From positions 11,075-75,074 of the forward strand of contig JBMSEL010000004.1 in the NCBI GenBank assembly GCA_049412325.1: a stretch of 64,000 nt of DNA, given 5' to 3'. Made by a program: the position numbers and the translations under genes. Shown one piece after another: positions 32,168 to 40,604 of this stretch (positions are counted from its first letter, which is position 1; every line of letters begins with the position of its first letter). The DNA is from Poseidonia sp. GTDB lineage: Archaea > Thermoplasmatota > Poseidoniia > Poseidoniales > Poseidoniaceae. Below the pieces are notes generated by a model that was not told the origin of the DNA, did not search any database, and saw only the letters and a list, made by a program, of their open reading frames with translations.

Positions 32168-33031
32168 ATGTCCGACGAGCGTGAAGCAAGGATGGAAGCC
32201 CTCCGGGCCCGTGTGAAGGCCAAGAAAGAGGCGGCCCTGAGCGGCGGCATCATCGAGGAGGAATTGGTGGTCAGTACCCAAGAGCTTCCCGCCTCCGAAT
32301 CAACCCGTCAACAGGAAGATGATGAGTGGTATGAACTCATGGACTTGGACGCAGACCGATGGAGAAATTTAGCAGCCGTTCTCATTCTTGTGGGCAGCAT
32401 CCTCGGCATGGTCAGCGGTGCGCTCATCCTCCAAGGAAACCCCACCGAACTCCTCAACACGTCCCTGTTCGCAGAGCAAGAATCGGTTGACATTTCGGGA
32501 ACGGCGCTCGAGGATGTGGACGGAAACGGCGTGGAAAACGTCTCCGTGGTGCTCCTTGAAGCCGAATCTCGGGCAGAATTGCAATCCACCATAACCGACA
32601 GCTTCGGCTTCTTCTCGATGAAAAACGTCGCCCAAGAGACCCATATCATCGTGTTCTCGAAGGAAGGCTACGTCACGGTAGAACGGACATTTGTCCCTGA
32701 CAATGTCGGCTTGGACCCTGTCACGATGAAGCCAGGGAACGCAACCCCTGTCCGGGAAGAGAACGACCAGCAATCCATTTCAGGTTGGACCCTCGATAAC
32801 GCCGTCGGTCTTTCAACCGCCATTGGTGTGTTAACGATCGGAACTGCGCTGCTTGGCATCCAAGCGGCGGTTGAAATTCGTCGTGGGAAACACTACCGAC
32901 GAAGCCAGTACCTTGCTGCAGGCGCCCTCTTCAGTCGTGGCCTTATCATCGTTGGACCGACGCTGATCTTGTTTGGCATGATCGTGAACCTGTTCGCTAA
33001 ATTAGACTTTGAAGACCAGCGTGAGGACTGA
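32168..33031 (+). CDS. Membrane protein with carboxypeptidase-regulatory-like beta-sandwich domain
   Basis: A charged N-terminus, a TM helix, then 'GTALEDVDGNGVENVSVVLLEAES...TDSFGFFSMKNV...FSKEGYVTVERTF' (CarboxypepD_reg-like), then 2 TM helices. Confidence 0.5.
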   Translation: MSDEREARMEALRARVKAKKEAALSGGIIEEELVVSTQELPASESTRQQEDDEWYELMDLDADRWRNLAAVLILVGSILGMVSGALILQGNPTELLNTSLFAEQESVDISGTALEDVDGNGVENVSVVLLEAESRAELQSTITDSFGFFSMKNVAQETHIIVFSKEGYVTVERTFVPDNVGLDPVTMKPGNATPVREENDQQSISGWTLDNAVGLSTAIGVLTIGTALLGIQAAVEIRRGKHYRRSQYLAAGALFSRGLIIVGPTLILFGMIVNLFAKLDFEDQRED

Positions 33032-33033
33032 GC

Positions 33034-34401
33034 ATGTACTTGATTTCGGTCGAGGGCGGCGACGGGTCCGGAAAGGGCGAGGCCGCTCGCATCCTCGGCG
33101 AGCTGCTCAGTGAGTTTCCTTTCCCCGATGTGGTGATGACGCATGAACCTCGGCGACACAGCGAGTTGGGGAAGTTGGCCCTTCAATCCGTCAAACTTGG
33201 CAACAAAACACCACTTGAGGAAGCGGGTTTATTCGCCGCCGACCGGCTTGACCACTCCCACACCTTCATTCGACCGCATCTCACGAAGGGATGCGTGGTG
33301 ATCTCCGACCGAAACATCCACTCTTCCCTCATCTACCAGGGCGTAGTTGGCGACCTTGGGCTCGAAAAGGTCGCCGGGATGAACGCTGCTGCCATGATTC
33401 CCGACCTCGTGTTTTGGATTGATTGCGACCCGGAAAAGGCGATGAAGCGAATCAAGTCGGGAACACTCCGCATGACGAGTCAAAAACAGGAATATTTTGA
33501 GACCCAAGAAATCCAAACCGCCATTCGCCAAGGCTTTCACGCCCTGTTTGGTGAACTTGGTGAAGTCCCTCCACCCTTCAATCAATGTTGTGTTGTAGGG
33601 CCCATCATGAACGAAGGGGGGTTGGATGAACTGAAAACCAAACTTCGAAGGGAACTTCGCCGGTTCTTCAACAAAAAACCCCTGCCGCTCAACGTTGACC
33701 GGGACGCCGTAGACCGTACCCTGCTCAACGCCTTGGTGCACGACGTCAAGAAGCAACGTCGGCTACCAGGAGCGCCGCAAGAACGGACGGCCATCCACGT
33801 GGGTTGGTTGGGAGGAAAATCACCTGCTCATTGGATGAAAGAAGCCGAGGACAATTGGCCCATTGAATCGGCTCAGGAGCATGATGTGCCTGCCTCACCA
33901 CTAGCCCACTCCTGCTGGTCCATTTTGGGCACCCTCTCATTGATGGTGGGGTCAAGCGAAGTCCCACGCTTGCATGCTGCGCTTGGTCCCGTACGCATGG
34001 TCACGCAACGCCACACACAGCGCCTGATCAAGTGGCTGTTGACCGAACATTGGGTTCACAAGCAACAGAACCACACACCGTTCAGCGATGCTCAACTCTT
34101 CAAACTTCGAGAAGAGCGGCTCGGGTTCGCTCGGCTGACGTTGGCCATGTGGCCCTTGAGAACCCAACTTGCCTCTTGGCGACGGGCCAACCCCGACGGC
34201 GCCTGGACCCAAGCCCTGCATGACGTGTTTGCAGTGGAAGAAGGCAAATCCCTGTCGACCACCTTGCAGAAGGCCGTCGGGGACGTGCATGAACGTCTGC
34301 AAATATTGACCAGCGGCCACGAAGGTTGCCCGCTTCCAACGACCGCAGCTGAATTGACGGTCTGGTGGTCGATGCAACCGCCGAATCATTCGGATTCCTG
34401 A
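33034..34401 (+). CDS. tmk: Thymidylate kinase fused to an uncharacterised C-terminal domain of about 250 aa
   Basis: P-loop 'SVEGGDGSGKGE', DR motif 'ISDRNIHSSLIYQG' and a lid region in the first ~200 aa. Residues ~205-455 are Trp/His/Leu-rich with no recognised motif. It is one uninterrupted frame. Confidence 0.75.
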   Translation: MYLISVEGGDGSGKGEAARILGELLSEFPFPDVVMTHEPRRHSELGKLALQSVKLGNKTPLEEAGLFAADRLDHSHTFIRPHLTKGCVVISDRNIHSSLIYQGVVGDLGLEKVAGMNAAAMIPDLVFWIDCDPEKAMKRIKSGTLRMTSQKQEYFETQEIQTAIRQGFHALFGELGEVPPPFNQCCVVGPIMNEGGLDELKTKLRRELRRFFNKKPLPLNVDRDAVDRTLLNALVHDVKKQRRLPGAPQERTAIHVGWLGGKSPAHWMKEAEDNWPIESAQEHDVPASPLAHSCWSILGTLSLMVGSSEVPRLHAALGPVRMVTQRHTQRLIKWLLTEHWVHKQQNHTPFSDAQLFKLREERLGFARLTLAMWPLRTQLASWRRANPDGAWTQALHDVFAVEEGKSLSTTLQKAVGDVHERLQILTSGHEGCPLPTTAAELTVWWSMQPPNHSDS

Positions 34402-35147
34402 GGTCCGTTGCTCGCAAGGGTAAAGCGCGCTTCACCAGGCAGAAGGACCTGCCCCGCACCGAAGAAGGCCTCGGCTCGGGCAGCAAACATTGAGCAAAGA
34501 AGAATCCCAAGGCCAAATCCAAAGGGAACGCCGGTCAACACGCGCTTGAAGTTCGTCGATTCATACGCCGTGAGGAGTTGAAGGAATCCATCGGCGATCA
34601 GAGGGACACAAAGCAACACACCGCATGCCAACCACACCATCGTTCGTTGATTCTTTACGTAGACATTGTGAAGCATCGATTCAGGGAGGAGTGAAAGGCA
34701 GGTATCACGGACCGTCCATCGATTCCAACCTCGACGGGAGAACACCACGCCGCCGATAAAGAGGCCAGCAAAGATGCCAACATCTCGCGTACAGACAGGA
34801 AGTTGGTTGTTATTTACTTCCCACGATCGCTCTGATTTTTGATGGCAGTTCACGTCTCCAAACCCGTAAATGATGGCGGCGTAGAAATTGACCTCAGACC
34901 ATGCAAAGGCGGGGCAACATTGGCCGTCAACGGCGCCTTCATTGTTGGCTTGATTGCCATACGAACCAAAACCGTCCTCGCTGTAGTAGTCGATGGCGTT
35001 GGCCCGGCCTTGAAGCGGCCCAACTGAGCCTTCCTCAAGGGTCATGGGGGCGAGAAAAAACGACACGAGCAAAAAGCCACAAACGCCCAAGACCCAGCGG
35101 CCGATCTTGGCCTCCCGAAGCCGGTCGGGTAAACCGTTGCGCTCCAT
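34386..35147 (-). CDS. DUF2085-like polytopic membrane protein
   Basis: 'CHQKSERSW...LPVCTRDVGIFAGLFIG' resembles the DUF2085 signature, with several TM helices. ATG at 35147. The 3' end overlaps tmk by 16 nt (convergent). Confidence 0.5.
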   Translation of the reverse strand: MERNGLPDRLREAKIGRWVLGVCGFLLVSFFLAPMTLEEGSVGPLQGRANAIDYYSEDGFGSYGNQANNEGAVDGQCCPAFAWSEVNFYAAIIYGFGDVNCHQKSERSWEVNNNQLPVCTRDVGIFAGLFIGGVVFSRRGWNRWTVRDTCLSLLPESMLHNVYVKNQRTMVWLACGVLLCVPLIADGFLQLLTAYESTNFKRVLTGVPFGFGLGILLCSMFAARAEAFFGAGQVLLPGEARFTLASNGPQESE

Positions 35148-35225
35148 GCCGGTCAAGATTCACAATGCCTCTTGATTCTTTCTTTTCAACCAAGCCTTCA
35201 ATGGCCCCACGCTTCACCCACCACC

Positions 35226-35858
35226 ATGGCCGAGGCCGAACGCCCCCGCATCGGTTTGGTCACCGGCGTGCAGGCCGGCGGTTTTATCGGTCTTTTTCTC
35301 GGTTTTTCACTCGCCGTCGTCTCGGCGTTAACCGACCCAGATGCCTTGGTTCGGCTCGTCCAGCTCATGTGTATCACACCAGTGGCATGTGCGTTTCTCC
35401 TGGGCCCTTTCTTGGGCTTCCGGAGGGCACCCAACGTCTCCAACGTCGACCCCATCGATGAAATCCGAACCCGCCTTCAGCCCTTTAACGAAGGCCAGGG
35501 AAAGTGGCGAGTCCTCAGCCATGTACGTAGCGACGGGCGAACGGTGCGAATCGATCTCCACAACTCAGCCCAACCCCTATCCATTGTTGCTTCAACGCTT
35601 GAATTGGCCGAGGAACACCCTATTCGATACATCGTCGGAAGGGGCGAAGCACGAAGCAGAGACCCCGAGTTACGTGGCACGGTGCTGGCTTACATCGAAG
35701 AACACGTGATGCTGAACCGGCGCCGACGAACGTCCTCGTCCGTGGAGGTGCTCCCGCCATCGGTGATTGAGCACATGGAAGCCACCCATCGCATGCATCG
35801 ACGCTTGTTCTACCTCCTCCCCATCATCCTGTTCTTTGCGTGGTTGGAGATGCGCTGA
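35226..35858 (+). CDS. Hypothetical membrane protein; central region weakly Smr-like
   Basis: ATG at 35226. Two N-terminal TM helices. 'VRIDLHN...IRYIVGRGEARS...LRGTVLAYIEEH' loosely resembles the Smr 'DLHG...IIHGKG' pattern. C-terminal TM helix. Confidence 0.35.
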   Translation: MAEAERPRIGLVTGVQAGGFIGLFLGFSLAVVSALTDPDALVRLVQLMCITPVACAFLLGPFLGFRRAPNVSNVDPIDEIRTRLQPFNEGQGKWRVLSHVRSDGRTVRIDLHNSAQPLSIVASTLELAEEHPIRYIVGRGEARSRDPELRGTVLAYIEEHVMLNRRRRTSSSVEVLPPSVIEHMEATHRMHRRLFYLLPIILFFAWLEMR

Positions 35859-35901
35859 AGTCAACGCAACAGGCTATGAGGGAGCGGCGCTTCCCGCAAG
35901 C

Positions 35902-36894
35902 ATGGCCAACGACATCGGGAAAGCCATGGCTCGGTTAAAACACCGAGATATCCGTACCCGGCGTCGAGCGGTTCGGACGCTCTTTGAACACGACGACCCC
36001 TCCGTGCTGCAAGCGTTCAAGCCACTGCTCGATGATGATGACACTTGGTTTGTCTCAAAAGCACTGGATGCCTACCGAACATGGGGCTTGGCCTCAGGTG
36101 CTGAAGCCATTGAGACTCTTCTGAACCACCGCAATTTGGATGTCCGCCGAGCAGGTGCCAATCTTCTCGCCCCCCTTGGACAGGAAGGCACCTCCTTGGC
36201 CATGGATGCCTTGGACGACGAGGACAGCGTCGTTCAGCGCAAGGCAGCCAGGGCCCTGCTTCTCGTGGAGGATATCGTTGTAGCAGAACGATTGGCTTCG
36301 CACGAAAGTGATTCGATTCGAACCACTGGCATGGGGCACCTCATGTTGCCCGAACCGGCCCTGAGAAGCGGCTTAGGCGACCCACACGAAGGTGTCCGAG
36401 TCGCAGCTTTGAAGAGCGCCATCAAGCGAAAATTGAACCTTGAGATGAACGATTTGGTGCCGTTTTTGGAAGCGGGGCACCACACCGTGGACATCCTCGT
36501 GTGGGCGGCCGAACACGAAGCATCGCAACTTAAGCAACTCACCCAACACATCAAACCAAAGGACATGAAGGCACTGGGCGACCACCTTCGAGCGACCGTT
36601 TCAGAACATTCTGAACCATTGATTCAACACCTCCTCGAAGGCGGCCTGCTCGAGCCTGTGGCCCGTTGGGTGATCCGTCAAGATGCCTCAGAGGACGACC
36701 TCCGGTGGCAACTCATCAACGATGATCGCCTCCACGTCATCGAACGGTGCAAATTGCTTGAACGGCTCATCGGCCGTGCCAACGAACCAAACATCATCGA
36801 GCGGGTGAAACGCCTCGCTGAACGTACCGATGAAGAACTTCTCAAGGTGGCGTGCGAGAACCTATCAACCGCCGCAACTGAACTTGGTGCATGA
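35902..36894 (+). CDS. HEAT/PBS-lyase-like repeat protein
   Basis: Repeated 'D.(D/N)..VR..A...L' units such as 'HRDIRTRRRAVRTL', 'HRNLDVRRAGANLL', 'DEDSVVQRKAARAL', 'HESDSIRTTGMGHL' and 'DPHEGVRVAALKSA'. Its stop overlaps the next gene's start (ATGA). Confidence 0.6.
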   Translation: MANDIGKAMARLKHRDIRTRRRAVRTLFEHDDPSVLQAFKPLLDDDDTWFVSKALDAYRTWGLASGAEAIETLLNHRNLDVRRAGANLLAPLGQEGTSLAMDALDDEDSVVQRKAARALLLVEDIVVAERLASHESDSIRTTGMGHLMLPEPALRSGLGDPHEGVRVAALKSAIKRKLNLEMNDLVPFLEAGHHTVDILVWAAEHEASQLKQLTQHIKPKDMKALGDHLRATVSEHSEPLIQHLLEGGLLEPVARWVIRQDASEDDLRWQLINDDRLHVIERCKLLERLIGRANEPNIIERVKRLAERTDEELLKVACENLSTAATELGA

Positions 36895-38702
36895 GCCTAC
36901 CCTCCTCCGGCATCAGCTTTCACGCAGACGCCACCAACGGACGCCAACACCACCTCGGCGCTGGGTTGACCGTTGAAGGCCCCTTCACCTCCTTGCAACT
37001 TGTCTTGAGATTCCCTCGATGGGTGCCAGGGTCGTACTTTCTTCGTGAACCGATTCAGCACATGTTTGATTTTACTGCGACCGATGATGCGGGCACGACA
37101 TTGACATGGAAGCGCGTGGGCGTCGACGGGATCTCGGTTCGTCTCCGGAAGAATTCCAACACCGTGCGCATCAACTACACGCTGCTTGCCAAGGAACTGA
37201 GCGTCCGGTCCAACCACCTCGATACGACGCATCTGCACCTGATGCCACCGTTTACTTGGTTCTGGCCCGAGCGAGGCATCGAGAACAAGCGTTTGGAATT
37301 GAACCACAACGTCAACATCACGGCACCATCCACCTGGACTCCAGCAACCCAACTCCATCTTGATTCAAGCAAGGACTTGGATGAGACCAGCAAGCAGTGG
37401 CACTTCTCCACCGACGGAAGGGACATGGTGCTCGACAGCATCATCGAGGTCAATCCAAACCCCACCATCACGCACAACATTTCCGGTCGCCTTCACCATC
37501 TGAAGTGGTGGGACAGCGGTGGCCACCAGCCCGACAGCGCCCGCCTCCAAGCCTTCATCGACGACATGGAACGCATTGCGAAGGAACACTATGCCTTGTT
37601 CGGCGTGCCTGATTGGCCGGACTATACCACGGTACTCCACTTAACCGACACCGGCAGAGGTGGGCTGGAACACATGAATTCCCAAACCTCGATGATGCCA
37701 CGTTCATGCCTGTTTCCCGATCATGCCGACGAATACAGAGACCTTGTGAGTTTGTTTTCACATGAGTACCTCCACCAGTGGAACGTCAAACGTCTTCGCC
37801 CCAAATCCTTCCTTGACTACGACCTGCAGTCCGAGACCCACACCGACCTTCTGTGGTGGTTTGAAGGGGCGACGTCCTGGCTTGGCGACATGATCTGTGT
37901 TCGTTCTGGGGCATGGAGTGAAGAGGATTGGAGATTGGATTTTGAGCGGAAAATGATACGGCACACCGCAAACAACGGCATGCTCCGAGAATCCCTCGCA
38001 GAATCGAGCCACGATGCATGGATTCACCTCTATAGAAGCGGGCCATACACGAGAGAGAACCAAATTTCATACTACCTTGAAGGTGAACTAGCGCTGCTCT
38101 GCTTGGATGTGGAGTTGCGACGGCGAAATGACCACAGCTTCGGCGCATGCGACTTGATGGCCGAACTCGTGCGCCGCTACGCCATCAGTTCATCCGAAGC
38201 AGAAGAATTGGGCGTAGAATACAACGATATCCGAACCACCCTGAAATCATGCCCTGGTGGAGAAGCCATGGGCCCATACCTCGACCGCTTGGTCAAGCAC
38301 CGAAACCATCCCAATCTGCAACGCGCCCTGTCGGCATTCCGATTGAAACTGGTACCGCACGCCACCGACAAGGAAGGGAAAGGGTGGCTGGGTGTTGGAC
38401 TCAAAGAAACGGCAGGGCAGGTGACCATCACCACCTATCACGCCGGTTCGCCACTTCGAGAACTGACCCAAGTCGGCGATGAATTGTTGGCCATTGACGG
38501 CGTACGCATCAAGTCCGTCGCCCACTTGAAGAAATTGATCGCCGGCCGAACCGCCGATGAACTCACCCTTGATGTGGTGCATGAGGGCATCCTGAGTTCA
38601 GTAAACCTAACCTTACCACCCTCACCTCAGCACGGCGTTTCTCTCAGCGGGAAGGGAAATCAACGCTGGCGAGATTGGATCAAGACTCGTCAGGCCCCGT
38701 GA
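36891..38702 (+). CDS. M61 (glycyl aminopeptidase) family metallopeptidase with C-terminal PDZ domain
   Basis: 'FSHEYLHQWNVKRLRP' and 'WWFEGATSWLG' are M61 signatures. The C-terminal 'GWLGVGLKE..GQVTITTYHAGSPL..QVGDELLAIDGVRI' is PDZ-like. Confidence 0.8.
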   Translation: MSLPSSGISFHADATNGRQHHLGAGLTVEGPFTSLQLVLRFPRWVPGSYFLREPIQHMFDFTATDDAGTTLTWKRVGVDGISVRLRKNSNTVRINYTLLAKELSVRSNHLDTTHLHLMPPFTWFWPERGIENKRLELNHNVNITAPSTWTPATQLHLDSSKDLDETSKQWHFSTDGRDMVLDSIIEVNPNPTITHNISGRLHHLKWWDSGGHQPDSARLQAFIDDMERIAKEHYALFGVPDWPDYTTVLHLTDTGRGGLEHMNSQTSMMPRSCLFPDHADEYRDLVSLFSHEYLHQWNVKRLRPKSFLDYDLQSETHTDLLWWFEGATSWLGDMICVRSGAWSEEDWRLDFERKMIRHTANNGMLRESLAESSHDAWIHLYRSGPYTRENQISYYLEGELALLCLDVELRRRNDHSFGACDLMAELVRRYAISSSEAEELGVEYNDIRTTLKSCPGGEAMGPYLDRLVKHRNHPNLQRALSAFRLKLVPHATDKEGKGWLGVGLKETAGQVTITTYHAGSPLRELTQVGDELLAIDGVRIKSVAHLKKLIAGRTADELTLDVVHEGILSSVNLTLPPSPQHGVSLSGKGNQRWRDWIKTRQAP

Positions 38703-39123
38703 GCGAAGGAAGGACCGCCAAGGTCTCGAGCGGAACGAAAATCGGAGGCGTCTCATCCGGGAGCGTATGGCGACTCGTCTTGGGAGGAAACACGTCATCG
38801 GAAAGCGACATTTCAATCACTTCTGCCTTCGTGAGTGATTCACGTCCACACGCTGGCCAAACGCCAAGTTGGATGGTATCATCCTCAAGGTAGTCCACGC
38901 AGACGGCTGGTACCCGTTTCAAGCCCAACAGCACGGCAATGGAATGCCGATGATGACCGTCCAAAATGGCCCCTGTCCGCTTGTCAACGATGAGCGGTTT
39001 GGTGTACCCACCCCATTTTTTGGTCATCTCGAGAAGTTTATCGCGATTCTTTGATTTGATTTCCTCGTGGACTTTGAGCCATGCGACAGGGACCAGTTGG
39101 ACATCGTCTTCTTCCCACGACAT
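38680..39123 (-). CDS. Small ParB/sulfiredoxin-fold (ParB N-terminal-like) protein
   Basis: 'LKVHEEI...KPLIVDKRTGAILDGHHRHSIAVLLG' fits the ParB_N/Srx fold signature. The 3' end overlaps the M61 gene by 23 nt (convergent). Confidence 0.55.
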   Translation of the reverse strand: MSWEEDDVQLVPVAWLKVHEEIKSKNRDKLLEMTKKWGGYTKPLIVDKRTGAILDGHHRHSIAVLLGLKRVPAVCVDYLEDDTIQLGVWPACGRESLTKAEVIEMSLSDDVFPPKTSRHTLPDETPPIFVPLETLAVLPSLTGPDES

Positions 39124-39160
39124 GCCTATGTCTCACTGCCGATTCACATAATGCTTTTTC

Positions 39161-40561
39161 ATGCCCCGCACGCCAGAACGACCAAGGGTGTGCATCATGG
39201 GAACGACCGAGGCTCTTCCGGAAGGTCTTGAGGCCGACATGGAAGGCGCCCCTTGCCCACCCCCCATCGCCAGGTGGTTGGCAACCTTGCCGAGCGATTT
39301 GCTGAGCCTGCTCCAAACGCTTGCCGAAGCGGGCGAGGGGGCTTGGCTGGTCGGTGGCTGTGTTCGTGATGCATGGCTCGGCGAAGCGGCTCCAGACATC
39401 GATGTCTGCACCACCTGCACCCCGGGCCGCATGATGGAACTCTTCGGCGACCGAGCGATTCCAACAGGCATTGACTTTGGCACCATCACGGTCAAGGGGC
39501 AAGGTCGACATTACGAGGTGACGACCCTACGGACCGAATCACTCTACAGGGACGGTCGTCGCCCCGATGTCGTTTCGTGGGGTCGTTCGTTGAAGGAGGA
39601 TTTGAGCCGCAGGGACTTCACCTTCAACAGCATGGCCATCGATGTCGCTCGGCATCGCCTCTACGATCCCTACAACGGGATGGGCGACCTCCAACAACGC
39701 GTGGTTCGAGCTGTTGGCGACGCCAGCCAGCGATGCGAAGAAGATGCGCTTCGCATTCTTCGCGCTTACCGATTTACTCGGCGGGATAACGGGCCCCTTT
39801 GGGTGATGGACGGGGCTCTTGAGCACGCCATCGCTCAACACAGCACCCGCCTCAGCATGGTAGCGATTGAACGACGATGGATGGAAGTGCAAAAGATCCT
39901 CGCTGGACCAAAGCCGGGTGCTGTTCTTCAAGCCATGCAGGACGGGGGAGTTTTGCGTCATGTCTTTGAGCGCCTTGTCGTCATGAACCCCGCCCTGCTC
40001 ATCATGCTTGACGATGGCCGACTTCAGCGCCTTCATCTCCATCAACGCCTCGCCCTATTGATGGTCGAGCACCCATCAAAAGAGGCGGTTCATCAACTCA
40101 AAGACTTGCGGGCGTCCAATGAACTCCAACGTACCATGGCCGTGTTCCACGAACATCTCGGCCACCTCCCCGTCAACGACACCGCAGCCTTGCGAGTGTT
40201 CAACCATGCCCTCACGACACAAGCAGAGGCGCATTTGCTGACCTTGGAGTGTTTGTCAGAACACGACATCCGGCTGCACACCGGCCTCCAACTCGATTCA
40301 GCAGCTGTCGCAGAAGTGAAAAAACACTGGCAGACCATTACCCCAAGAAGCGAACCCGTAGCGTGTTTGGTGGACGGGCACTGGCTCATGGCTCGGACGA
40401 ACATCGGCCAGGGAATGCGCCTGGGACGATTGAAGCAGTGGCTGCACCGTCTCCAAATTGAGCAGGATGTGACCTCGGTCGGAGGCATGGAATCCTTGCT
40501 CATTCGGACGCCATACGAACACGGTTCGGTTGAAGATTGGCCAACTCCATCCTTCCCTTGA
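39161..40561 (+). CDS. cca: Class II tRNA nucleotidyltransferase (CCA-adding enzyme / poly(A) polymerase family)
   Basis: 'WLVGGCVRDAWLG...PDIDV', 'RRDFTFNSMA' and 'EDALRILRAYRF' are class II (bacterial/eukaryotic type) motifs. Alternative starts are ATG 39197 and ATG 39239. Confidence 0.75.
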   Translation: MPRTPERPRVCIMGTTEALPEGLEADMEGAPCPPPIARWLATLPSDLLSLLQTLAEAGEGAWLVGGCVRDAWLGEAAPDIDVCTTCTPGRMMELFGDRAIPTGIDFGTITVKGQGRHYEVTTLRTESLYRDGRRPDVVSWGRSLKEDLSRRDFTFNSMAIDVARHRLYDPYNGMGDLQQRVVRAVGDASQRCEEDALRILRAYRFTRRDNGPLWVMDGALEHAIAQHSTRLSMVAIERRWMEVQKILAGPKPGAVLQAMQDGGVLRHVFERLVVMNPALLIMLDDGRLQRLHLHQRLALLMVEHPSKEAVHQLKDLRASNELQRTMAVFHEHLGHLPVNDTAALRVFNHALTTQAEAHLLTLECLSEHDIRLHTGLQLDSAAVAEVKKHWQTITPRSEPVACLVDGHWLMARTNIGQGMRLGRLKQWLHRLQIEQDVTSVGGMESLLIRTPYEHGSVEDWPTPSFP

Positions 40562-40604
40562 ACGCCGGCATCAATTTCATGTGGGCCAGGGTCCTCGGCG
40601 TCAC

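Noticed and set aside
35323-35334. An extra copy of the repeat-array motif (GGCGTTAACCGA) inside the coding region of the 35226-35858 gene.
   Set aside because: It is a single isolated occurrence of a short motif within a coding region, which is compatible with chance.
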